Notes: a model not told the origin generated them from the letters alone. A stretch of DNA of 64,000 bases from Zygnema circumcarinatum SAG 698-1b (GCA_037447605.1 CM074823.1:682001-746000), one strand, 5' to 3'; positions 1 to 11,229 are shown, counted from the first letter of the stretch. Numbers and translations: made by a program.

Positions 1-87
1 GCGCAGGCCCTGATCCGCCGCTTCAAGGCACGCCTGCATGCAGAGGAGACCGTCAAGAGCAGGCGGATGAAGGAAGGTCATTCTTGA
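1..87 (+). CDS. Possible 3' end of a gene entering the window (AQALIRRFKARLHAEETVKSRRMKEGHS*), with an IQ-like motif
   Basis: Open GC-rich frame from base 1 to TGA at 85-87, followed by AT-rich UTR-like sequence. QxxxRxxxxR resembles an IQ motif. Too short to identify. Confidence 0.3.
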   Translation, partial: AQALIRRFKARLHAEETVKSRRMKEGHS

Positions 88-462
88 AAGAAAGGGGGAA
101 AACGACCAGCGAAGATTTTAAGTATAATAGGAAAAGCATCCGTTACTTGAATGCAACAAATGACCAGTCTAGGGATTGCAATAAGATAGCGTTTAGTGTC
201 GAGGAAGAGGATTATAACGCATCTCTCGTTATAAAAAAAAACTAACTTCCCATGAGATAGCCTAATGATAACAAACCAAGTATTGACTGCAACGCAACTT
301 TTTGGTGATCTTCAAGTTCAACGATTGTGCAGAATCGAATCTAGTCATTCCAAAATTATCAGAAAAAAGACAGGAACAAATTTTAACATTACGCAACAGC
401 AGCCATAGGAGAAGGCAAGGGACAAGACGAAGAGTACCAGTATCGGTAAAGGTACGAGAGGC

Positions 463-3400
463 TCAAGGAGAACGGCTCGGAGGAGGTCGCCGAGGAGGGG
501 GCCGACGGCTGGGAGGAGGATTACGTGGAGGGGGCCTTTTTGGAGGGGGTCGAGGACGGGGAGGAGGTGGACGCGGAGAAGGGGGTGGTGAAGCTGCAGC
601 AAATCAGGGCATTTTATGAGTTCCTGTTCATAAGTAAAGGTGGACTAACTTCTTCCATAGCTTACATATTCTAATCAAAACACGCCTGTATAAACGTTCT
701 GGGAGGATGCAGAACGAAATGAAAACCATTCAGAATGAGCTTACTTCAAGTCTTTTCACGTGATATTCCGTCATATATGTGCCTCTCAGGCTATGCATCT
801 CCACGGAAAGGCAGATTCCCATGTCATTTCTTGGGCTACGCAATTTTCTCTTTAAAAAGCAGTAAAGTCAAACTAGCACGTTATCTAGCTACTGCAAATG
901 GAGCCGAGATATGCTGTATCTTGCATGAGATTGGAATGAGTCGAGAAGATTATCGAAAGCTAAACCAATGATGTCGGAGCAGCACTCATCCTAATAAATT
1001 CTGCACCATTTTCTGAATGAGATTGCAGAGTTCACCAAGTAATACTTGCCATATGCTTCTAGAAGTTCAAGAATTGAATCTCTTCTATTGGCGGCATCAC
1101 ATGGATCGCATTCAGTGTGCTCTAACAGCAATGACAGGGTAGTAGTAGTTGATAGAACTGCTAAAAAAAAACGAATCTATGAGTTGCAAGTTGAAGCGTA
1201 CCGCGCCTAACACACGTGCCGGATGCCAGCGCATATCCCTTGTCGCATGTGCACGTGGCCGTGTCGTACCCGCACGTGCCGCGGCCCCCGCACGCTCCCT
1301 CGGGCGAACCGCTCTGGCAAAAGGCCGCGCACTCTTGCGGAGGTCTCTGCGCTTGAGGGACGCCACATTCGAGTGATGTGCCAGTGCGATAAATGCAGTT
1401 GTTGGTATAGTTGGACAAGTCGTAGACATATTCAGGGAGGCAAAAGGGTCGCCCATTTTTTGTAATGTTGATTGGCCCGGAGAAGTAGTTGCCTTGGATC
1501 CACACACGGTAAAGGTTACTGCTCGCAAGAGTTATGGAGCCTGTCAACTTGTTGTTGTCTAACCGCCTGATGACATTAAGGGTGGCGTGTTAGAGAGAGA
1601 GAGAGGAGCTTTCCAACAAAACCCGTTCAAGTCTTCTTTGAGTCACTGCCACTGGAAACATTTGCTTCTGCTCTCTGCAAAGTCTCTGACTCCGTCTTCA
1701 CGACCCTACGCAACTTTCAGCCTTCAAACACTAAACCGAATTCAGCCTGCAATCCCATGAACCCTGAACCCACTAAACCCCCATAGCTTCTAAACCCCAT
1801 GACCTGTAAGTCCCTAATCCCCTCGAATTATAAGACCTAAAACCTTTAGGGGTAAACCCTAACCCTAATCCGTAAACTCTAAATACTACACTCCAGAAAA
1901 TAAAGTCCAATCTCCCGCATGCATAACTGAGCGTCATTGTGCGCCAAAAAATCCTGCGCTGTGACAGAAGTGACTAAACCACAACCATGTTGAATAAAAA
2001 CATGAGATAAACTCAATACTCGTGCAAGCGCGCATGTAATGTAATAGTTTGAGAGGTACGAATGTTAATTGCCGATAATAAAAACAATTTAAACTGCAAA
2101 TACAACGTTATCGATGCAGCAGTGCTCACAGTTCTCTCAGTCGGGTGAGTTTACTGATGAAGCCGGACACTCTCCCCTCCAGTTTGTTGTCGTGCAAGTA
2201 CCTACAGACACAACGAAAAAAATCTCAACGGGAAGGATTAGGCTGATTTTGATCGGAACAGGATATTCGAACCAAATCAGGCATGCAACTCCACGTTCTA
2301 AAGTGCGTGAAACACAAAATGAGGAACCAAGAACTATTTATTTTTAAGGTCTGCAGATCCCCAAAGAACTGTAGTGCATATGCATAAAAAATATAAGTCT
2401 CTTATAGTCGAATTCTCAAACACAGTCTCATAAAACGCGGTGCGAGATTAAGAAATGACTCGAATAAAAACACCAAAAAATGAAAACAACGGCGGCGGCA
2501 ACGATTTGGCTCGCAGTCATGGATACGCAACATCGAAAGTTGCTGCTTTGCAAGATGCAATAAGTCACTACTCACAGTTTCAGACTAGTACAGAAAATCA
2601 AAGAGATCATACAAATTTAAGAGGGTCCCAATAGAGTTCGGGACAAAGCCCCTCCGAAGCGTGTGAATGTGAATTAGCATCCACCGATCTGCATAAAAAG
2701 CTTCACGTGGTTTGCAGGAATCGGTAAAATATGGAACTCGTGTTGAAATGATTGCTCAAATCAAAACCGCAGCTCATAGTCGCCACGTGCCAAAAACCCA
2801 ATCAGATCACGTACACGCAACTGACTGTGCAGCGCTTTGGTCGAATCCTTATTTTGCTTGAAGCAATTTCCTTGCGCGAGCAAACAAGTCAACATTCAAA
2901 GCATACTTTGCAACAGTTTAAAAAGCTGCAAGCGCAGTACCTGTTCTCAATTTCAAGGCCATCCCCTGTTGTGTAGCACTGGCCGTACGGTCGATCTGCG
3001 CACGCGGCTAGGCGGCAGATCCGGTCAAACGAAAGATTTGACATGACCCTATGATTTCGATCTTACGGTTGTATGGTTTGGATCCTGCACGTTTGGAGCG
3101 CTTTTGTCGAGAATAGAATATACTTCAACTTCAAATTTTGCTTGAAATTTAGAAGCCTGGAGGAGATGCCGACGAGGGAGGGACATGCGCTATGCACACA
3201 TGCATAATGCATGCACGAGTTGGGGGGTGCGCTGGCACTTGCGGGACGCGACGTGTGTGCTGTGGATGGGACCGCCTCTGTGACGCGACGCCATTGGTTG
3301 ATGCGATGGCATGCCGGCCGGGCTCTCACGCGAGGCTGGCCCCCGCCATGACTGACGTCATGCTTGCGTCGCGCAGCATCAATGCTGGCATTGGCGGAGG

Positions 3401-6400
3401 CAAATGAATCTGTGGCTCCTCTGTATGGCGGGAGGTTGCCGGCTGGCGGAAAGCCGCTCGCCGGCCGGTAAGGGCCGGCCGGCACCGTCAGGATGTAGAA
3501 GTTAATGGTACGGCAGCGTACGGATCAGAGAAGTGGCACGAGGCAGAATCTGAAGCGTATCTGGCAGTGCAACGTGATTGGTTCGATGATTCTCGCCACG
3601 TCAGTGCGATCTGATACTGGGCGAGGGGCTTCCAGATTTCTTGAAACCAACCAACTACCGGTTGGCGCGTGCCTGCGTTGTTGCGATTGCGACGGGGCAT
3701 GAAATGTTGGAGCCCTAGAACATGGGCCGCGTGTGGGCATCATGCACCCATGCACGCATGCGGGACCTATGGCGGATAAACAAGATGCAACGAATAGCAT
3801 TTCTATCACTGGCATTCCTCTGTCTGGGCATTCCTATCACCTTCATTTCAGATTTATGGGGAAAAATACTTACAAGTAGTACAGAGTCGACAGGTTGCGG
3901 ATAGAATCCGGGATAGACCCCGTTAGGGAATTAGTATCCAAGTATCTGCCAAAAAAAACAAATATAGGCACTGAATAAACATGCTGCCACACCCAGCATT
4001 TCTGTCACTGGCATTCTTCTATCTGGCATATGTTTCACTTTCATTTCAGATTTATGGGGAAAAATACTTACAAGTACCAAAGATTCGCAAGGTTGCCGAT
4101 AGAATCCGGGATAGACCCCGTTAGGGAATTATGCTCCAAGTGTCTGTCAAAAATAAAATAAAGGCCCTGAATAAGCATGCTGCCACGACTAGTGTTTCTA
4201 TCACTGGCATTCCTCTGTTTGGCATTTCTATCACTTTTATTTCAGATTTATGGGGGAAAATACTTACAAGAAGTTCAGATTCCGAAGCTTGCCGATGGAG
4301 TCTGGGATAGACCCCGTTAGGGAATTATACTCCAATCGTCTGCCAAAAAATAAAAAAAGAAGGCATTGAATGAACATGCTGCCACGACTAGAATTTCTAT
4401 CACTGGCATTCTGTTTGACATTTCTATCACTATCATTTCAGATTGAAGGGGAAAAATACTTACAAGGAGTACAGATTCTGAAGCTTGCCGATAGAACCCG
4501 GGATAGACCCCGTAAGGTAATTATTTTGCAAGCCTCTGCCAAAAAAAAAAAAAAAGAAGGAACTGAATAAAGATCCTGCCAAGACTAGCATTTTTTGTCA
4601 CTGGCATTCCTCTGTCTGGGCATTCCTATCACTTTCATTTCAGATTTATGGGGACAAATACTTACAATGTTCGCAGATTCACAAGGTTGCCGATAGAATC
4701 CGGGATAGACCCCCTTAGGGAATTAGAAGACAAGTATCTGCCAAAAAAAAAAAAAGCACTGAATAAACATGCTGCCACGACTAGCATATCTATCACTGAC
4801 ATGTCTCGGTTTGGCATTTCTATCACTATTATTTCAGAGTTATGGGGAAACATACTTACAATTCACGCAGATTTGAAAGGTTGCCGATAGAATCCGGGAT
4901 AACAGATAGGGAATTTCTCTGCAAGTGTCTGCCAAAAAATAAAAAAGAAAGCAATGAATAAACATGCTGCCACGACTAGCATTTCTATCACTGGCATGCC
5001 CGTTCGGCTTTTTTATCACTTTTTTCACAATTATGGGGAAAAACACTTACAATTCACGCAGATTTGCAAGGTTGCCGATAGAATCCGGGATACCCGTTAG
5101 GGAACTATCCTCCAAGTGTCTGCCAAAAACAAAAAAAGAAGGCACTGAATAAACATGCTGCCACGACTAGCATCCCTACTACTGGCATTCCCCTGTCTGG
5201 CATTTCTATCACTTTCATTTCAGATTTATGGGGACAAATACTTACAATGTTTGCAGATTCACAAGGTTGCCGATAGAATCCGGGATAGACCCCGTTAGGG
5301 AATTACCCTCCATGTGTCTGCCAAAAATAAGAAAGCAGGGCACTGAATAAGCATGCTGCAACTACTAGCATTTCTATCACTGGCATTCCTCTGTCTGGCA
5401 TATGTGCCACTTTCATTTCAGACTTATGGGAAAAAATACTTACAACCGTTCCAGATTCGCAAGGTTGCCGATAGAATCCGGGAGAGACCCCGTTAGGTAA
5501 TTGCGATACATTAACCTGCCAAAAAAAAAGGGGGGCTTCACGAGTCTGGCCGATGTTGGAGGCAACAAGCATCACTCAAGTGCAATGAATGCTCGAGTGA
5601 ATGCGAGGAGCGGAGTTAAGCAGAGACAATACGTCCGCGGGCGTGCACGTGACGTGACATTCTGATCACGAATAATCTTATCTTGCTCTTATCGATAAAA
5701 GCTCTATTTCAGATTCAGGTTGAGTCCGAGGGCTTTGCGCCAATTTTTTCTTTCTTTTCCTTAAGAAAACTGCGCGCCATAAGCCAGCGCTATCAGCAAT
5801 TAAAACTTCTTCTCCCTCCCTGGCAGCTTGTATTTTTTCTCCACAATGTAGACGGTAGATATATATATATATATATATTTTTAAATGGATATAATTTGAT
5901 TTAGGCGTGTGCCTGCGCAGCCAGCCAGGACGCGAGCACGCACGCATTGGCAGCTCCGCTTCCCTGAAAGTTGCAGTGCTTCTACTAATTCAACATCTGA
6001 GCCCTCCCTACCACTGTGTACCCGCAAACATGCATGGAACGCATCCTTAACGAATGGAGCCACTCACAAATATGACAACTCTGTCAGGTTACCGATGGCA
6101 GGTGAAATGGTTCCTCTAACGCCATAGTCAAATAAATCTCTGCATACGGCAGGTTAGCAGTGTGAGCGTCAGAAGAAGAAAGGGGCGCGGGCAGTAGAGG
6201 GACTGCTCCGGGCGGCCTTCTGAGGAGGCTTCTTCCCGCAGACCCTCCTTGCTATGTAACCCGCGGAGCCCTTCAAAATCCCAAGCGGTGGTCAGTCTAA
6301 GTGGCTCACATGAAAGTAACGCGCCCACTTAAGTCGCATCTGATCCCACTCCAGGTGCTGCAGTCGCGGTTACTCCAATACCAGGAGGTGAGACGATACA

Positions 6401-6700
6401 CGTCATAAAATTCCGCTTTGACAGCGAGAAGAGCGTCCCCTGCGCCCAAGCGCGAGCAGATGCAAGATTGGGGCCGAGGTTCGGTTCAAAAAGCACAAAC
6501 AGAGGCCACGACAAGACGCGACGCGGGCAGTCCGCCTCTCCCCTTCCATAGAGGGCGGGCGGGCGGGCGGGCCGCGGCGGCTCACTGTCTCGCGGGTCAA
6601 TCTTCACAGCGGCGGCTTCGCGCGGGGCGGCGGCGGCGGCGAAGAGGAGGACCGCCACCGCGAGAGAGAGAGAGAGAGACCGACACCGCGCGCGCGCCAT
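463..6700 (-). CDS. Secreted leucine-rich-repeat protein, ~508 aa, 15 exons: signal peptide, LRRNT cap, plant-type LRRs, Cys-rich/EGF-like domain, Pro/Arg-rich tail
   Basis: GT-AG exons 6700-6586, 6439-6310 (DALLAVK..LTSW..CSTWSGIRC cap), 6139-6068, 5515-5444, 5317-5246, 5119-5051, 4928-4860, 4737-4666, 4535-4464, 4339-4268, 4143-4072, 3945-3874, 2201-2130, 1566-1202 (LRR end plus CAAFC..CGGRGTC..CTCDKGY..C) and 593-463 (SPPPSPRPPPPRPRPPPKRPPP..*). All phases are compatible and the total is 1527 nt. Confidence 0.9.
3785..5530 (-). repeat. Tandem array of nine ~195-205 bp units, each one LRR exon (72 or 69 nt) plus a ~125-130 nt intron
   Basis: The + strand motifs ATACTTACAA..GGTTGCCGATAGAATCCGGGATAGACCCCGTTAGGGAATT..CTGCCAAAAA..GCACTGAATAAACATGCTGCCACGACTAGCATTTCTATCACTGGCATT recur every ~200 bp. 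Confidence 0.97.
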
Positions 6701-7618
6701 CGCGGGGAGACGGCCAAGCGCCAGACGGGACGGGAGACGAGCAGAGGGGAAGAGTAGGGGAGGGGACTGCGGTAAATGAGGGCGGCTTCCTCCGCCATGG
6801 CTTCCGGGAGGGCCACGCGGCGCGCCCTCATTCGCTGCCGGGAATTACTTCAACGGTTCATATCAGTAAAATAACCGTCACTGGGTTAGGACAAAAGTTT
6901 CCTACACCTAATCCGTACCGTATATTCGTTCGGATGGACTTTTCGACATGTGCCTTCCTGCGATTGGCCGCATAGGCATCTAGAGGCAGTGCGAGCAACA
7001 AAATTTCCCTTGCTTTATGGTGCCCGTACTGTTCGTAGGGCATGTCGACATGGTCGTAGACTCGTAGTCGTGGCCACTACCAGCAGAATTTTGTCGCAAG
7101 TGCCAACCGACAGGCTGCCAGCTGTCAGTGTCGGCGCGGCCGGAACGCGATGGCGGAAAAAGTCGGCATCTGGACTTCTGGACTGATTGGGAACGTGATT
7201 TCTCCAGTCGTTTGACGCCACGTGGTCATAACTCGATTCGTCTGGATGCCATGCTGGCGATGCGGATGGCACGCTGTCGCGCAACCACCGACCCGCCGTC
7301 ATCGCCGGTCGCAGCAAATTGCCGGCGACCGCGAGGTGGCCACGTGGCGAGCAAGGACCGCGAGGACCTCAGGGTGGACCCATGGTGTTGTTGTTGTTGA
7401 GCATGGACCTATGTTGTTGTTCAACATGAAACCTATATTGTTGTTGAACATGAACATACTGCTCCACTGTACTATTCATTAGATAGGCGCTATTGGAATG
7501 GAAATCAAAATACGTAGATGCGAGCATAACATGGGTATAACAAAAGGGACGAAAAAAAAAAGGGGCACCCTTTTGTTAGAAACATATCGGGTCTTGTAAA
7601 AACAAAAAACGCAAAAAA

Positions 7619-7781
7619 TAGCAGTGGTCAGACTTAAAAATCGCCAGTATGTCCATTCGTCAGTTTTTACACCAGAACAAGTATTCCGGTGATATCACGG
7701 ACCCCCCTGAGGACGAGTACTTTTGTAACTTTTGTTTTCGTATCGCTTTTCGTAAGATTTTGCTAAGTCTGACCAGTGCTA
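7619..7781. mobile_element. MITE-like element (~163 bp)
   Basis: 18-bp terminal inverted repeat TAGCAGTGGTCAGACTTA (7619-7636) / TAAGTCTGACCAGTGCTA (7764-7781) with one mismatch. No clear TSD beyond the terminal TA. Confidence 0.55.
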
Positions 7782-7808
7782 ATATCGTACACAAGAGAGA
7801 AAGTGGTC

Positions 7809-7926
7809 GATGCAACATCTGACTTCACGGGAGGTCACCCATCCCAGTACTGTTCCGGCTCACAGGCGTTTAGTTGCGGAGTTCTGATGGGATCAAGCGA
7901 ACGGGTACTAGCATAGGTATGATTGC
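7809..7926 (-). pseudogene. Degenerate solitary 5S rRNA copy (pseudogene or 5S-derived element)
   Basis: The minus strand reads GCAATCATACC..GATCCCATCAGAACTCCGCAACTAAACGCC..AGTACTGGGATGGGTGACCTCCCGTGAAGTC..TGTTGCATC, colinear with plant 5S rRNA. Box C is intact, box A is altered, there is a small insertion near the 5' end, and no strong oligo-T terminator follows. Confidence 0.85.
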
Positions 7927-7980
7927 TTAAATTATGTTTTGATTTATTTTATTTGTTTTTGTATTGTATTAATGAGAGAA

Positions 7981-8040
7981 CAATTTGCATTGATCTCACG
8001 ATGGCAAGGCCATCAAACGTACAGGGAGAAAATCATGGGG
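7981..8040 (+). repeat. Dispersed repeat family A, copy 1 (others at ~8345-8425 minus, ~14030-14097 minus, ~39197-39470 plus)
   Basis: Shared motif GCATTGRnCTCAnnATGGYRAGGCCATCAAAYG..CATGGG, seen by eye at four sites. The copy near 8400 is the most diverged. Confidence 0.7.
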
Positions 8041-9219
8041 AACCAACAGAATTGGTCACAAAGGACATAAAAACAAGGAAAGAGCTGATAACCGGAATGC
8101 TACGCCTAGGCCCAACAACACGGCACTAGAAGCAGCCGCGAAGGATAATAAATCGCTGCAGGTCGGATCAGCCAACACGACATCCCCAAAAATACGCTTA
8201 GAACCATCCAAAGAGCAAGATCAAGGCACACGGCCGAGGTGGTATAACATGGCGAGGCCATCATCATTGTATTAATTGTTTTATAGATACCACGTTTCAC
8301 TCCCAACCTCTATTTCTTCCATAGCATAGGCCATGTGTGACTGCCTCCCATGCCTTGCCCTTGCCGATGTCGATGGGCCACGTCATGGTATCACCATTGT
8401 GAGATCAATGCCCATTTTCTCCCCTGGGCCCTGGATAATGTCGGAACATAACACCAAACGGCTGCAATGACTTGCCACTCACTTCCTGAGGCAGCCTCAA
8501 GATCATGGCCCACTAACAACGGCACCGTTGTCTAACAAGGACAATCATCCACTTCAGTAAGCATGGCTTTGTAAAATCGACGAAGGCAGGCTGAGTTCCC
8601 AACATGCATCAACCCAAGCGGCTGGTTCTGTCTCCCCATGTCTCAAGCGCTAAGGATGCTCTTCAGCCGTGAGGTCAGCCTGGCGCACCACTGCAGTAAA
8701 CCGATTCCTACTGATTCCTACTGCAAAAGATTCAAAAGGGACCCACATGAACCAACCTTGCAAAGGACTGAAGCAAAGGCCATGCGAGACCTCCGACTGC
8801 ATCCATGCTTCCTTCGATGTCTACATCCTGTCCCATCATGCTACAAAAAACCGGAGTCAATCAGTGCTATAAATCCTGTTATTTCTCAGAGCACTGTACA
8901 AGAGAGCTTCCGAAGCCGAGATGTCGCTTATTTCGCTTCTGTTTCTACGCCTAGCGCGAGCTATATCTCGGATAAAACTGCAACAAAAAAGGGGAAAGTG
9001 ATTCTGCAGGCTCAAGAGCAACGCTAAAATGATGGCCGACACCAACATCCCTCAAGTCTCAAATGTCTCGAAGGGAATAAACGGTCACAGAATAAATTTT
9101 CCATAACAAGAAATCTGCACTTGTGGGGTTTCCTGAGCGCTCTTGACGTTGAACGACTGGTTAAAAAAGCACGCGCTATCCTTCATGCGTGGCTTCTATG
9201 CATGTCATCACATTCAGGG

Positions 9220-10197
9220 TCACGAACTGCCCTCCGCGTCCTGCATTTACGAAGGAATTGACAAGAACAGAAGAAAAATAAGGAAGGAGATGAAAATGCA
9301 AGCAAGCAAAAATTCCATCAGTCAACACGAAGCAACAGGTTTCAGAAAGCTGGACATCAAATGTCAAGAATCAGCACAGATACAAGCGAGGTATCACGCA
9401 GTGCAACGTAAAGCTTGTGGTGGCGTCTCCGTAGTTAGAACCAAAGGTGCCGAAGCTTCAATGATGCAGATAGTCCTACAAGCTGACCTAAACGCCTGAC
9501 GTTGTGATGATGTCATAAACAAAGGAGCAAATTGATGCAAGCACAGTATGAAGCACACTGGAAAGTAGGCACTCGGTCTCCCATGAAGAAAGAGCTGCAC
9601 CTTTGACTCTATCCCAGCTGCTGCAACGGAGCTCTTCCCAATGTCTGGTGTTAAAGAACCGGCTAAATTTCCAGTCTCTAAAGTCGCTCTTCAATCGTGA
9701 TCTTGTAGCCTTCGGCCTGTGCTTGACATCAACCAGAACAAGAAAACATCCTTCCCTTGTTTAGCTGTTGGCTGAATAGCATCCACCAAGTTCACTGTTC
9801 GTTGGAAAACAATGTAAGCAGGAAAGAACAAGTCAATGCAGGAAAGCGTCAGGAGACTAAAAAGGAAAACTGATAATAACAACAGAAATCTATCCACCAG
9901 ATCCTGCTTTTGATCGTGCAGCCCAGCCCTCCAGACTTACTGGAAAATGCAAAAGGCACCGAACCTCGTATCCTTCCTGGCTAAGATACAGCAAGCATCA
10001 AAGAGCCACCATTTAAGAAAAACCAGAGAGGCAGCACGCCTTTATCCCTTCTATGCCCCTTCATTTATCTTGCGCTCCAAAAAAAACATTCTGCACCTGC
10101 TCAGTGAGCACCCTATGGCTTGCCCACAGGTCCCGCTGCAGTAGCACCAACGCTCCTGCAGAGGCCACTGCAAACCCCGCCAAGAAGGCGCAAAATG
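9220..10197 (-). pseudogene. Broken copy of a small plant/algal membrane-anchored protein gene (FLAGFAVAS...LWASHRVL..IEERL.RLE type)
   Basis: Exon ~10197-10097 FCAFLAGFAVASAGALVLLQRDLWASHRVLTEQ|GT. Exon 9716-9601 AEGYKITIEERL*RLE has an in-frame TAG (9680-9678) and an apparent frameshift. Possible last exon 9240-9220 DAEGSS*. No start codon seen. The family assignment is from memory of small plant 'RLASFFAG..D...SH....Q..LE.RI..LE' proteins. Confidence 0.45.
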
Positions 10198-10630
10198 GGT
10201 TTTTGGGTGGTGGGGGGCGGGGGGGGGGGAGAAGGAGGGGAGGAGGGGGAGGGGGAGGGAGTGGAGGTGGGGGAAGGGGAGAGGTGGAGAGAGGGGAAGG
10301 GAGGGGGGGGGAGAGGGGAAGGGGAGGAGAGGGGAAGGGAGGTGGGGGAAGAGGGGAAGGGATGGGGAAGGGGAAGGGGGAGAGAGGGAGGGAAGAGGGA
10401 GGGTGGAGAGTGGGGGAAGAGGGGGAAGAGGGGAGGGAGGAGGGAGTGGAGGTGGGGGAAGGGGAGAGGTGGAGAGAGGGGAAGGGAGGTGGGGGAAGAG
10501 GGGAGGGAGGAGGGAGGAGGGAGGAGGGAGAGGGGAGGGAGGGGGTGGGGAGGGGGAAGGGGGGGGGTGGAGAGGAGGAGAGAGGGGAGGAGGGGAGAGG
10601 GGGGGGGGGGGGAAGTGTGAGGTGACTGAC

Positions 10631-11193
10631 CTAAAGTCTGAGCCCCAGCAGCCCTTGATAGTGAGATGCTTTCGGTTGATCTGAAAGTGAGGGTTCATGC
10701 TGACAGTTCCGTTGTCCGTGTACTGCCCAACGACAACATATGTGCCTCCGTCTCTGCATAGATCCATGCCTTCCGTTACGGCGGCAGGGACACCTGTCGC
10801 TTCAATCACGACATCGGCCATTCTTCCCTCCGTCAGTTGTCGAACTGCTTCCACCCTCTCTGCAGGAGTGCACAGCTGCACTCAGCATGCAAAAAAGAAC
10901 AGAACAAAAAGAATATGTAAGAGTTACAGGGTTTTAAATCTTATCGGGTTTGCTTCCCATTGCTATGGAGGTGCAGCTTTGGTACATACATCACGTTGAG
11001 GAATGAAGAAGGATAAGAAAAGCTTGAGATAAAAGGAGAAGGAAAGAGAGACGAAAGTGAAGTAGACTGACCTTCTGAATGTCAACGGTTGCGTCGATGC
11101 CAAACTTGTTCACAACTTCCAGACGATGCTGAGGTGCCCCAATTACAATTACCTGCAAAAAAGAAGTGCAAGAGGGGATGGAGAGGTGGTGAG

Positions 11194-11229
<36 letters not shown>

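Noticed and set aside
1050-1160. Possible extra in-frame exon in the LRR gene (AVLSTTTTLSLLLEHTEC..)
   Set aside because: It needs a 41-nt intron and a GC donor. Direct splicing of 1202 to 593 is already in phase. Unsupported without cDNA.
3160-3780. GC-rich insert in the long LRR intron as a mobile element or nested gene
   Set aside because: Only loose ATGCA-rich direct similarity at the ends, with no TIR, TSD or recognisable protein.
3785-5530. Repeat-spacer pattern read as CRISPR or non-coding satellite
   Set aside because: The variable parts are codons of in-frame LRR exons bounded by GT-AG sites.
8638-9499. Plus-strand ORFs of 129 and 118 aa
   Set aside because: No recognisable motifs or convincing splice structure, and one overlaps the antisense pseudogene region.
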